This document shows positions 9,346 to 16,914 of a stretch of 32,000 bases of DNA, in pieces. Position numbers and translations under genes: made by a program. Every line of letters starts with the position of its first letter. The first letter of the stretch is position 1. Source of the DNA: Pseudothioglobus sp. nBUS_23 (GTDB lineage Bacteria > Pseudomonadota > Gammaproteobacteria > PS1 > Pseudothioglobaceae); the NCBI RefSeq assembly GCF_051201565.1, contig NZ_CP179200.1:1530001-1562000 (forward strand). Reading direction: 5' to 3'. The notes below the pieces were generated by a model that was not told the origin of the DNA, did no database searches, and saw only the letters and a program-made list of their open reading frames with translations.

Positions 9346-11211
9346 TTAATCTCTTCCAGTAAGCTCTTTGTATAGCTCAGGATCACCCCAAACAATGTTA
9401 TCACCTAGGGCATAGATTGTGCATTTACCATCTGTTTCATTATTTTGCTTACATCTTCTTAAGGCATTGCCTTCGTTACTAGCCCACTCATAATGACAAT
9501 CCTTGCCGTTACTATCGAGAGATACAAAGAGATAAGTATTTCTCTTAGTTCGGCTATAGTAATCGCCCGCATAAAATTCTTTTGAAATGGCGTTACAAAC
9601 CGCTAAATTACCTTGGGTCTCTAATAGTTTTAACTGAGGTTTAAAATTGCGAGATGAATATTTAAAATTGTTTTTTCTATTTTCTCTTTCCTTGGCAAGC
9701 CGCTTTGCTTTTGCTTTTTCTTGGCTCTTTTTGAGTTCGGCTATAAGCTTCGCTTTTTCTTTCTCTTGTATCTTTTTTTCATCATTAATCTTTTTTAGTT
9801 GAGCTGCAAGTTTCGCTTTTTTTTCTCTATCATTTATAGACTGTATTCTGCCATTTTGCCCTAGTGCTCCATATAATTTGTATGCCTCAGGTGGCATAAT
9901 TAATAAAAAATTAAAGTCGCCGTTATTTATAAAGACTGTGCCATCTATATATTGTTCCATTGCAACTAAGTACAAGTCTAAATCACCATCTTTATCTAAA
10001 TCTCTAAATCGAATATCTTTAATAAAAGCTAATGTTGAGTCATCTAACGAAATAATTCCATGATCTTTAAACTTCTTGTTACCTAAGTTTTCTATAATTT
10101 GTATTGCCGCTCCTTCATATAATACATTTCCAACCCTACTGTAAACTATGTCTATGTCTCCATCATTGTCTAAGTCTGAAGCTGATACCTCAGGAATCCC
10201 TCCCCATGTATCTTTGTATTGCTTTAGTGGGGTAGCGTCATAAGGCATAAAGTTTCCTTGACCATCATTCCAGTAAATCCCAGTAAACATAGACTCATAC
10301 TCATGACCTCCTGCTAAAATATCTAAGTCTCCATCATTGTCCATATCAGCCAGCTCTATGGCAAATACATTACTACCACCACATTGACGTTTTTTGAAAA
10401 ATCCACTTCCATCATTCATTAGACACCATAAGCCAGCACTCATTGCTGTAGAAACAATATCCATATCACCATCATTGTCAATATCTCCCGTAGCGGCACC
10501 ATGATTAAATTCTTTGAAATTACTATTACTCAGATGGGTCTTACTTGACTCTAGCCAAGTTCCATTTGGCTGGCTCAAATAATAACTATCACGATAACCA
10601 ATAATCTTTCCAGTCCTTCCCACTCCTTGATCTGCTATATAAATATCTAGTACTTTGTCATTATTGTAATCTGCAAGTAATGGGAACCCATTGACAATAC
10701 CTTTATTCAAACGATTATCAATTACTAGCTCTGGAGAGTATTGTAACTTGCCATCAGCACTACTTAAATATAATGCCGGTTGGACTTTTTTTGCATCATC
10801 TTGAACTTGATCACTGCACACTCCATATGTACATTCGGAGATTAAATCAAAAAGCAGAAGACCTGTATATATAACATCGGCTAAACCGTCATTATTAAAA
10901 TCTGCAATTAGTCCCCCAACACTGCCCATAAGCTTACGTATTTGAATAGGAAAAAGTGGTGGTCTGAAAAAATCTAAATTTGGGTCATTTTCAATATCAA
11001 TTCCCGCTAATGGTTTTGTATTTGAACTAGAAGAAGATGAAGACGCTTGTTGATTGCTTCCACCACAGTTATATACAAAATAGGTGCCATCTGCGGAAAT
11101 ACTCTTTACTGGTTCACTACCATCAGAGCAGCCTTTTGCAAAACTTTGATTTGAAAAGAGTGATAGAGCAAAAACTAAGAATAGTTTTTTAATAAGTTGA
11201 TTATGATTCAA
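9346..11211 (-). CDS. Secreted FG-GAP/VCBS-repeat (beta-propeller type) protein with a coiled-coil segment and a 4-Cys C-terminal domain; function unknown
   Basis: 621 aa with a signal peptide (LFLVFALSLFSNQSFA|K). There are at least six calcium-loop-like repeats (ADFNNDGLADV, ADYNNDKVLDI, GDIDNDGDMDIV, ADMDNDGDLDIL, SDLDNDGDIDIV, RDLDKDGDLDLY). A K/E-rich heptad-like stretch spans about aa 460-515, and the C-terminal ~100 aa contain 4 Cys. Confidence 0.75.
   Translation of the reverse strand: MNHNQLIKKLFLVFALSLFSNQSFAKGCSDGSEPVKSISADGTYFVYNCGGSNQQASSSSSSSNTKPLAGIDIENDPNLDFFRPPLFPIQIRKLMGSVGGLIADFNNDGLADVIYTGLLLFDLISECTYGVCSDQVQDDAKKVQPALYLSSADGKLQYSPELVIDNRLNKGIVNGFPLLADYNNDKVLDIYIADQGVGRTGKIIGYRDSYYLSQPNGTWLESSKTHLSNSNFKEFNHGAATGDIDNDGDMDIVSTAMSAGLWCLMNDGSGFFKKRQCGGSNVFAIELADMDNDGDLDILAGGHEYESMFTGIYWNDGQGNFMPYDATPLKQYKDTWGGIPEVSASDLDNDGDIDIVYSRVGNVLYEGAAIQIIENLGNKKFKDHGIISLDDSTLAFIKDIRFRDLDKDGDLDLYLVAMEQYIDGTVFINNGDFNFLLIMPPEAYKLYGALGQNGRIQSINDREKKAKLAAQLKKINDEKKIQEKEKAKLIAELKKSQEKAKAKRLAKERENRKNNFKYSSRNFKPQLKLLETQGNLAVCNAISKEFYAGDYYSRTKRNTYLFVSLDSNGKDCHYEWASNEGNALRRCKQNNETDGKCTIYALGDNIVWGDPELYKELTGRD
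11059..11136 (-). other. Shared N-terminal Cys-bracketed module, copy in the 621-aa protein (KGCSDGSEPVKSISADGTYFVYNCGG)
   Basis: It follows the predicted signal-peptide cleavage site directly and is followed by a poly-Ser linker. It is near-identical to the module at 14215-14295. Confidence 0.8.
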
Positions 11212-11229
11212 TTTATAACTTCTTAAAGT

Positions 11230-14200
11230 TTAATAATTTTCTTTTTTGAAGTCGATAATCACATTATATGGATAAAAATTTTCATCAAGTACATACTCTT
11301 TAGTATTGTTATCCCAAGACTTAATATTATCAAATATTCCTTGCATTTGAAGTGACTCCATAGTTCCTGACAACTTAATACTTTTAGGTTCAACCATATG
11401 CATAATTGGGTTAATTTCAATTGAAGCATTAATGTTTCCTTTCTTATCAATTACGCCTTCAAAAGTATCATAACTACTAATTGCACTTGTACTCAGATAA
11501 CGGTATTTTCTCGCAACACTAATCTTCCCATCTTTAATTATAAATTGTGCGGTTCCAATATTTTTTTGTCCGTCATTTGGCTCAGTTCTTATTATGATTG
11601 CATAAGACCCATCAAAGGTATTAGCTGCCTCACCAACTTTTTTGACAGGTTTGATTGGCTTGATTGGCTTCATTTGGATAATCATTTCAAAATAATCATC
11701 AAACTTTCCTTTTATTTGAAACTCATTCATGCTGCCCGAAAAATTGACTGGAACTGGGCTACCTTTTCCCTTTAGTGCATTCACTGTAAATGAGGAAGTT
11801 ATATTACCTTGTTTGTCTACTTGGCCTTCAAAAGTATCGTAATACGAAGTTGAACTTGTTTTAAGTTGTCGAGATTTCTTCGCAACACTTATCTTTCCAT
11901 CTTTTATTTCTAATATACCTCTACCTAAATCTATAGACCCTTCAGAAGGATTAAAGCGGTCCAACGTGAATGAATAAGATCCATCAAATGCGTTCGAGGC
12001 TTTTGCAGCAGTGGCAGGTGGCTTAAGTAGATAAAGTTTTATGGAGTTAAAGCCTACTTCGCCATTAATCACTTTCTTGCCAGTAATTCTTCGCCCTACA
12101 AAGATAGTTTTTTGGTCTATATTTATAGGATAAAAAGATCTCATCCATGCAAAATCCTCAGTTTCCTGATTAGACTTAAACTTCATTTTTGCAAACTGGA
12201 ATTTATTATCTGACCTTACATACAAAGAGCCTCTTTCCTCAATTTGAGGTTGCAAATTCGTACATGTTAAAAAAGGCATGTTCCAAGCTGTTTTTTCATT
12301 AAAAAATAAATGATGACACCAATCTCCACCCTTATTTTCATCAATAGTGGATGATTTATTTATGGCATCAGACCTCTCTGAAAATCTACCATTTTTAATA
12401 TCAAATATCTGTACGTGCCTTCCAACCCAAAGAGATACACTATCATCTATAACATTGCTCGCAGCAATAACCTCCTCAATGCCATCAGCATCAACGTCAG
12501 CGACTAGAATCTCACCATATACAGGCTGACCTATTTGTCTAAAAAGATCTAAGGTCTGAGCTTTACTCGTTTCAGTGAATGACCCTTTTGAGTCTTGCTT
12601 CATCAAGAATAAACTTCCATCTCCCTTGCCTTTGCCACCCTCGCTGCCAAGAATTAAATAGGTCTGCTCATTTTCATCAACAATAATTTCAGCTGATTGT
12701 ATTGATGGTGTTGTTGACCACCCCTGATAGTTAAGTTTAATATCAGTCTTATCATAGCCACCCTTCATATTTGAATAAAGGATATAACTTTCGTTAGTGT
12801 AACCTGCACCTTTAAATAAACATTTTGCTGGAAACTTAATATATGGACTATTAAAGACAACATAGTCAGTTATTTGATCTCCGTTTAAATCTCCAGTTGC
12901 AAGACCATGAGGATAGTCCCATATTTTTGGAAGTTGAATTTCATTAACCTTTCCTGAACCCGGATCATAGGTAATCAGATGGTTTTGAGCGCCGCAATTG
13001 GGAGGAAGGTTTTCCATGCCCTTAGACATATCATAACTTGCTAGATCAAGCCCCGTATCAGCAACAAAAATTTCTGTGAACCCTGTTATTGGATTGATTG
13101 AGCTTCTTATTCTTCTGGGCCATTGAAAAGATGGCAAAGCACTTTGAACCTCTTCATCAATAACGTATTCCTTAATGTCATTATCCCAAAACAATAGAAT
13201 TGGCTTAGCAGGCTCATAAGGCACATTTTGATTTTTTGAATTCATTGAAGTAACAGGGATTATTAAATCATCATGCCCATCTTGGTTTATATCAAATGTC
13301 TCAGAATGTGCAGAAAATGCAAAAAGATTGGGGTTTTTATTTTCACCAAGCTTTTTCAAATCAAACTCACCTACAGTGGAAAGAGATGCTTCTAACTCAG
13401 GCTTAACTTTAAAGGAGCTTGCAGTTTTTTTATTATCAAGAGTAACCTCTACAGGTGTAATTGGATTCATTGAGGTCTTTGGAGTTGTGAAGTAAGCCAT
13501 AGCCGGTTTTATAACTTTATCTCTATCATTGCAGCATTGGTAAAGACCGATAAGCATAAAGTTAAGATTTTCTTTTTGCAATGTTAAGGTTCTACCTTTA
13601 TAGGCTAAGACTTGTTTACCATTAAGCCAAAGATTTGCCAAGCCAGTTTCATTATTCTCCCACTTCATTTCTAAATGAAAATTTGTCCACTTGCCTCGCA
13701 TGTCTTGGATTTGTGTTATTGGTATCTTAGATGTATCCTCACCATAATCTGCACAATCTCCATCCGATAGTTTCTGTGTTGTGAAATGTAAAACTCCATT
13801 GTCCTCTCCTCCTTGACTTGTAAATGCTATATGTGGACATTCACTATTATGAAACTCTCCAAGCAATAATTTACCACTATCTTGTATAGGAAAATCATTT
13901 GGTAAGTATACATCCCAGCTATACCACTGCTGATTTGGCTGAATATCTCCTGGTCGATTATCTTCCCACACTTGTTCAACCATTTGCGACCTTACTGAAT
14001 TTTCTCCACAGTCACTGGTTTCCATTTCACCTACCATATTATCCCAATCAATATCTCTTGTTTTTGACCCACATTCACTTCCGGTAGTAAATTTATGAAC
14101 TTTGTTAAACTTTCCTGTTGGGTCAGTTATATAAGAATAGTCCTCAAGCTTGCCATTTGTTGTATCTAGCTCAAACTTAAGGCTTTTAGCAGTTGATGAG

Positions 14201-14352
14201 GACGCTTTTTCATTACCACCGCCACAGTTGTATACAAAGTAAGTACCGTCAGCAGAAATACTCTTAACTGGATCACTTCCGTCAGGACAAGATCCAGCAA
14301 AACTATGCAATGAAAAGAAGGATAGGATTAAAAGTAGGAATAGTTTCTTCAT
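11230..14352 (-). CDS. Large secreted multidomain protein: shared N-terminal module, a concanavalin-like/polysaccharide-lyase-like region, FG-GAP-type repeats, and a duplicated C-terminal domain of unknown family
   Basis: 1040 aa with a signal peptide (MKKLFLLLILSFFSLHSFA|G). Residues ~55-290 show the pattern WYSWDVYLPNDFP...GEFHN...WTNFHLEMKWENNETGLANLWLNGKQV...IGLYQ. From memory this resembles the polysaccharide lyase / ConA-like jelly-roll family. FG-GAP-like loops are present (FDINQDGHDDLI, ATGDLNGDQITDYV, VADVDADGIEEVI). Two homologous ~110-aa C-terminal domains follow. Confidence 0.7.
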   Translation of the reverse strand: MKKLFLLLILSFFSLHSFAGSCPDGSDPVKSISADGTYFVYNCGGGNEKASSSTAKSLKFELDTTNGKLEDYSYITDPTGKFNKVHKFTTGSECGSKTRDIDWDNMVGEMETSDCGENSVRSQMVEQVWEDNRPGDIQPNQQWYSWDVYLPNDFPIQDSGKLLLGEFHNSECPHIAFTSQGGEDNGVLHFTTQKLSDGDCADYGEDTSKIPITQIQDMRGKWTNFHLEMKWENNETGLANLWLNGKQVLAYKGRTLTLQKENLNFMLIGLYQCCNDRDKVIKPAMAYFTTPKTSMNPITPVEVTLDNKKTASSFKVKPELEASLSTVGEFDLKKLGENKNPNLFAFSAHSETFDINQDGHDDLIIPVTSMNSKNQNVPYEPAKPILLFWDNDIKEYVIDEEVQSALPSFQWPRRIRSSINPITGFTEIFVADTGLDLASYDMSKGMENLPPNCGAQNHLITYDPGSGKVNEIQLPKIWDYPHGLATGDLNGDQITDYVVFNSPYIKFPAKCLFKGAGYTNESYILYSNMKGGYDKTDIKLNYQGWSTTPSIQSAEIIVDENEQTYLILGSEGGKGKGDGSLFLMKQDSKGSFTETSKAQTLDLFRQIGQPVYGEILVADVDADGIEEVIAASNVIDDSVSLWVGRHVQIFDIKNGRFSERSDAINKSSTIDENKGGDWCHHLFFNEKTAWNMPFLTCTNLQPQIEERGSLYVRSDNKFQFAKMKFKSNQETEDFAWMRSFYPINIDQKTIFVGRRITGKKVINGEVGFNSIKLYLLKPPATAAKASNAFDGSYSFTLDRFNPSEGSIDLGRGILEIKDGKISVAKKSRQLKTSSTSYYDTFEGQVDKQGNITSSFTVNALKGKGSPVPVNFSGSMNEFQIKGKFDDYFEMIIQMKPIKPIKPVKKVGEAANTFDGSYAIIIRTEPNDGQKNIGTAQFIIKDGKISVARKYRYLSTSAISSYDTFEGVIDKKGNINASIEINPIMHMVEPKSIKLSGTMESLQMQGIFDNIKSWDNNTKEYVLDENFYPYNVIIDFKKENY
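11233..12000 (-). repeat. Intragenic tandem duplication: two homologous ~110-130-aa domains (nt 11671-12000 and 11233-11628) joined by a KPIKPIKPVKK linker
   Basis: Copy 1 is ASNAFDGSY...IKDGKISVAKKSRQLKTSSTSYYDTFEGQVDKQGNITSSF. Copy 2 is AANTFDGSY...IKDGKISVARKYRYLSTSAISSYDTFEGVIDKKGNINASI. By hand alignment, 26 of 40 residues in the core are identical. Confidence 0.85.
14215..14295 (-). other. Shared N-terminal Cys-bracketed module, copy in the 1040-aa protein (GSCPDGSDPVKSISADGTYFVYNCGGG)
   Basis: It follows the predicted signal-peptide cleavage site directly and is followed by a Ser-rich linker (EKASSSTAKS). Confidence 0.8.
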
Positions 14353-14517
14353 AAAGCTACTATACCTTGAGTATGGATTATTTTGAGCTATTTATCCAAA
14401 TAAACCAAAAAAATAAATTTAGTTTGAGCGAAGTTTCTTAATTAGCAATGAAAAAAATTATGTAGCCCATCACTGACAAATAATATTTATAATCTTAGTT
14501 AAATAACAAACACTAAT

Positions 14518-15495
14518 TTGACTGATTCCGTGGGTAAATCACTAATTGAAATCGCTAAAGCAGTTTTACAAACTGAAGCTGACTCAGTTCTAGCACTTAA
14601 GGATAGAATTGATAACAATTTTGATAAAGTTTGTAATACACTAAAGGGCTGTAGAGGAAAAGTTATTCTTATTGGTATGGGCAAGTCTGGCCATATTGCA
14701 AAAAAAATCTCATCTACACTAGCATCAACTGGAACCCCCTCTTTCTTTTTGCACCCTGGCGAGGCAGGGCATGGTGACCTAGGAATGGTCACAAGAGATG
14801 ATGTTGTTATCATGATTTCTTATTCCGGTGAAGCTGATGAAATTGTTGCCCTGCTTCCAGGCATCAAGAGAATGAATGCACCCATCATAAGTATGACTGG
14901 AAATGTCACATCTTCTATTGCTAAGTCAAGTGATTTTCATTTAGATGTTAGCGTTGAAAAAGAAGCCTGTCCAAATAATTTAGCGCCCACTTCAAGTACA
15001 ACTGCAGCTTTGGCAATGGGAGATGCAATCGCTGTCTCACTTATCAATGCTAACAATTTCACAGCAGAGGACTTTGCCATGTCTCATCCCTCTGGCTCAC
15101 TCGGAAGAAGGCTTCTCACTCTCGTCTCAACTATCATGCAATCAGGGACTGATATTCCAATAGTCTCCAAAGAAACGCTTCTCATTGACAGCCTCTTGGT
15201 TATGAGTGAAAAGGCGCTCGGGATGGTTCTTGTTGCTGAAGATGGAAAGCTTGAAGGCATCTTTACAGATGGAGATTTGAGAAGGACCCTTGAGTCCAAA
15301 ATGGACTTTCAAAAGCTCACAATCCAAGACGTTATGACCAAAGACTGTAAGTCTATTGAGCCTCAAGAATCTGCTTTAAAGGCAATACAAATGATGGAAA
15401 AATATAGCCTCAATTCAATGCCAGTTGTTGACTCCAACCATAATATTGTTGGCGCTATCAATATGCATACCCTGATTCAGGCAAAATTATTTTAA
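14518..15495 (+). CDS. kdsD: Arabinose-5-phosphate isomerase (SIS domain plus tandem CBS domains)
   Basis: 325 aa with GKVILIGMGKSGHIAKKISSTLASTGTPSFFLHPGEAGHGDLGMV, which aligns with E. coli KdsD/GutQ. A C-terminal CBS pair is present. The start is uncertain: TTG at 14518 from the ORF track, GTG at 14530 as an alternative, and no clear Shine-Dalgarno for either. Confidence 0.88.
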   Translation: MTDSVGKSLIEIAKAVLQTEADSVLALKDRIDNNFDKVCNTLKGCRGKVILIGMGKSGHIAKKISSTLASTGTPSFFLHPGEAGHGDLGMVTRDDVVIMISYSGEADEIVALLPGIKRMNAPIISMTGNVTSSIAKSSDFHLDVSVEKEACPNNLAPTSSTTAALAMGDAIAVSLINANNFTAEDFAMSHPSGSLGRRLLTLVSTIMQSGTDIPIVSKETLLIDSLLVMSEKALGMVLVAEDGKLEGIFTDGDLRRTLESKMDFQKLTIQDVMTKDCKSIEPQESALKAIQMMEKYSLNSMPVVDSNHNIVGAINMHTLIQAKLF

Positions 15496-15525
15496 AAAAT
15501 TGGCCATTGATAGGTTGAACATCTG

Positions 15526-16914
15526 ATGGACATTAAACTCATCCTAAAAAATATCATTAAAACAGATACAACGCTTGATGTTTCTGGACTATCGCTCAAC
15601 ACTAAAACTTTAAACAAAGGCGATGTATTTGTTGCCCTACAAGGTGAAAAAAATCATGGTGTAGAGTTTATTGAAGACGCTATTGAAAAGGGCTGCATAG
15701 CTGTTTTAGTTGATGGAAAGGACTTTGATTGCAAGGTCCCCTCTATAAGAGTAGATAATCTTAAAGCTCATCTTTCAACGCTTGCACAAAACTTTTACAC
15801 TAGTGCAAAAAATGTAGATCTTATTGCTGTCACTGGAACCAATGGCAAGACTTCTGTGAGTCACTACATATCTCAGCTGCTAGATTTCATGGAAATAGAT
15901 AATGGCGTCATCGGGACACTTGGAATGACCAAGACCCAAAATAAAAGCATCAACACTACCCCCGATATCTTCTCAATCTATAGCACTCTTGAAGAATACT
16001 CGAGTAATAAAGTCAATATAGCAGTGATTGAAGCTTCCTCACATGCCCTGATGCAAGGTCGTTTAGAAGGGCTCTCATTCAGCCAAGGCATCTTTACAAA
16101 TTTAACTCAAGACCATCTAGATTATCACGGGACGATGGATAATTATCGAGAGGCTAAAGGCAAGCTTTTTCAGGATAATTTTTCAAAAAAAGCTATTATT
16201 AATAGAGATGATGAGAATCACCAATACTTTCTAGATACCTCTTCCGATAAAGATCCCATAACCTTTGGAATTGATGATTTAGAATTTTATAAAAATAGCG
16301 AGAATGGTTTTATTTGTCAGCTTAACGATTATGTTTTTGAATTGCCATTGGTAGGTGAATTTAATCTGTCCAATGCTATCGCTGCTTACAACAGTGTCAA
16401 GTGTCTGGGCTTCAGTGACGATCAAATTATTCCTTATCTTGCAAAGCTCTCACCCCCTCCAGGCAGAATGCAGCAACTTGCAAACAGTAATATTTGGATT
16501 GACTACGCTCACACACCAGATGCACTGGATAATGCTCTATCTACCCTGAGAACGCACTACCCTGAATTCAACATTAGGGTCATTTTCGGATGTGGTGGCG
16601 ACAGAGATAAAGGTAAAAGACAGATGATGGGAAAAATTGCAAGCGAGAATGCTGACAGTATTATTCTAACAAATGACAATCCAAGGGGTGAAGATCCTCA
16701 GTCAATCATTGATGATATTCTTGCTGGAACTAAAGTTGAAAATGATATTCAAGTCATTTTAGATCGGGGTAATGCAATACACTCAGCCATTCAAAGTCTT
16801 GGAGAAGAAGAGGCATTACTTATTGCAGGAAAAGGGCATGAAACAAGTCAAGTCATTGGCACTAGGACCCTACCATTTAGTGACATCGAGGTAGCATTAA
16901 ATGCTCTCAACTGA
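15526..16914 (+). CDS. murE: UDP-N-acetylmuramoyl-L-alanyl-D-glutamate--2,6-diaminopimelate ligase
   Basis: 462 aa with the Mur ligase P-loop VTGTNGKTS and the DNPRGEDP (DNPR) motif typical of meso-DAP-adding MurE. Immediately followed by murF. Confidence 0.92.
   Translation: MDIKLILKNIIKTDTTLDVSGLSLNTKTLNKGDVFVALQGEKNHGVEFIEDAIEKGCIAVLVDGKDFDCKVPSIRVDNLKAHLSTLAQNFYTSAKNVDLIAVTGTNGKTSVSHYISQLLDFMEIDNGVIGTLGMTKTQNKSINTTPDIFSIYSTLEEYSSNKVNIAVIEASSHALMQGRLEGLSFSQGIFTNLTQDHLDYHGTMDNYREAKGKLFQDNFSKKAIINRDDENHQYFLDTSSDKDPITFGIDDLEFYKNSENGFICQLNDYVFELPLVGEFNLSNAIAAYNSVKCLGFSDDQIIPYLAKLSPPPGRMQQLANSNIWIDYAHTPDALDNALSTLRTHYPEFNIRVIFGCGGDRDKGKRQMMGKIASENADSIILTNDNPRGEDPQSIIDDILAGTKVENDIQVILDRGNAIHSAIQSLGEEEALLIAGKGHETSQVIGTRTLPFSDIEVALNALN

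Noticed and set aside
9667-9834. K/E-rich low-complexity DNA considered as a degenerate repeat or mobile remnant
   Set aside because: It is in frame within the 621-aa ORF and reads as a coiled-coil-type heptad-rich segment. No terminal repeats or transposase are present.
11136-14295. Cys shortly after the signal peptide considered as a lipoprotein lipobox
   Set aside because: The residues preceding the Cys (FAGS-C and FAKG-C) do not fit the L-[AS]-[GA]-C lipobox. Signal peptidase I cleavage after SFA is more consistent.
14499-14813. 104-aa ORF antisense to the 5' part of kdsD
   Set aside because: It lies almost entirely within the confidently assigned kdsD gene on the opposite strand and has no recognisable motif.
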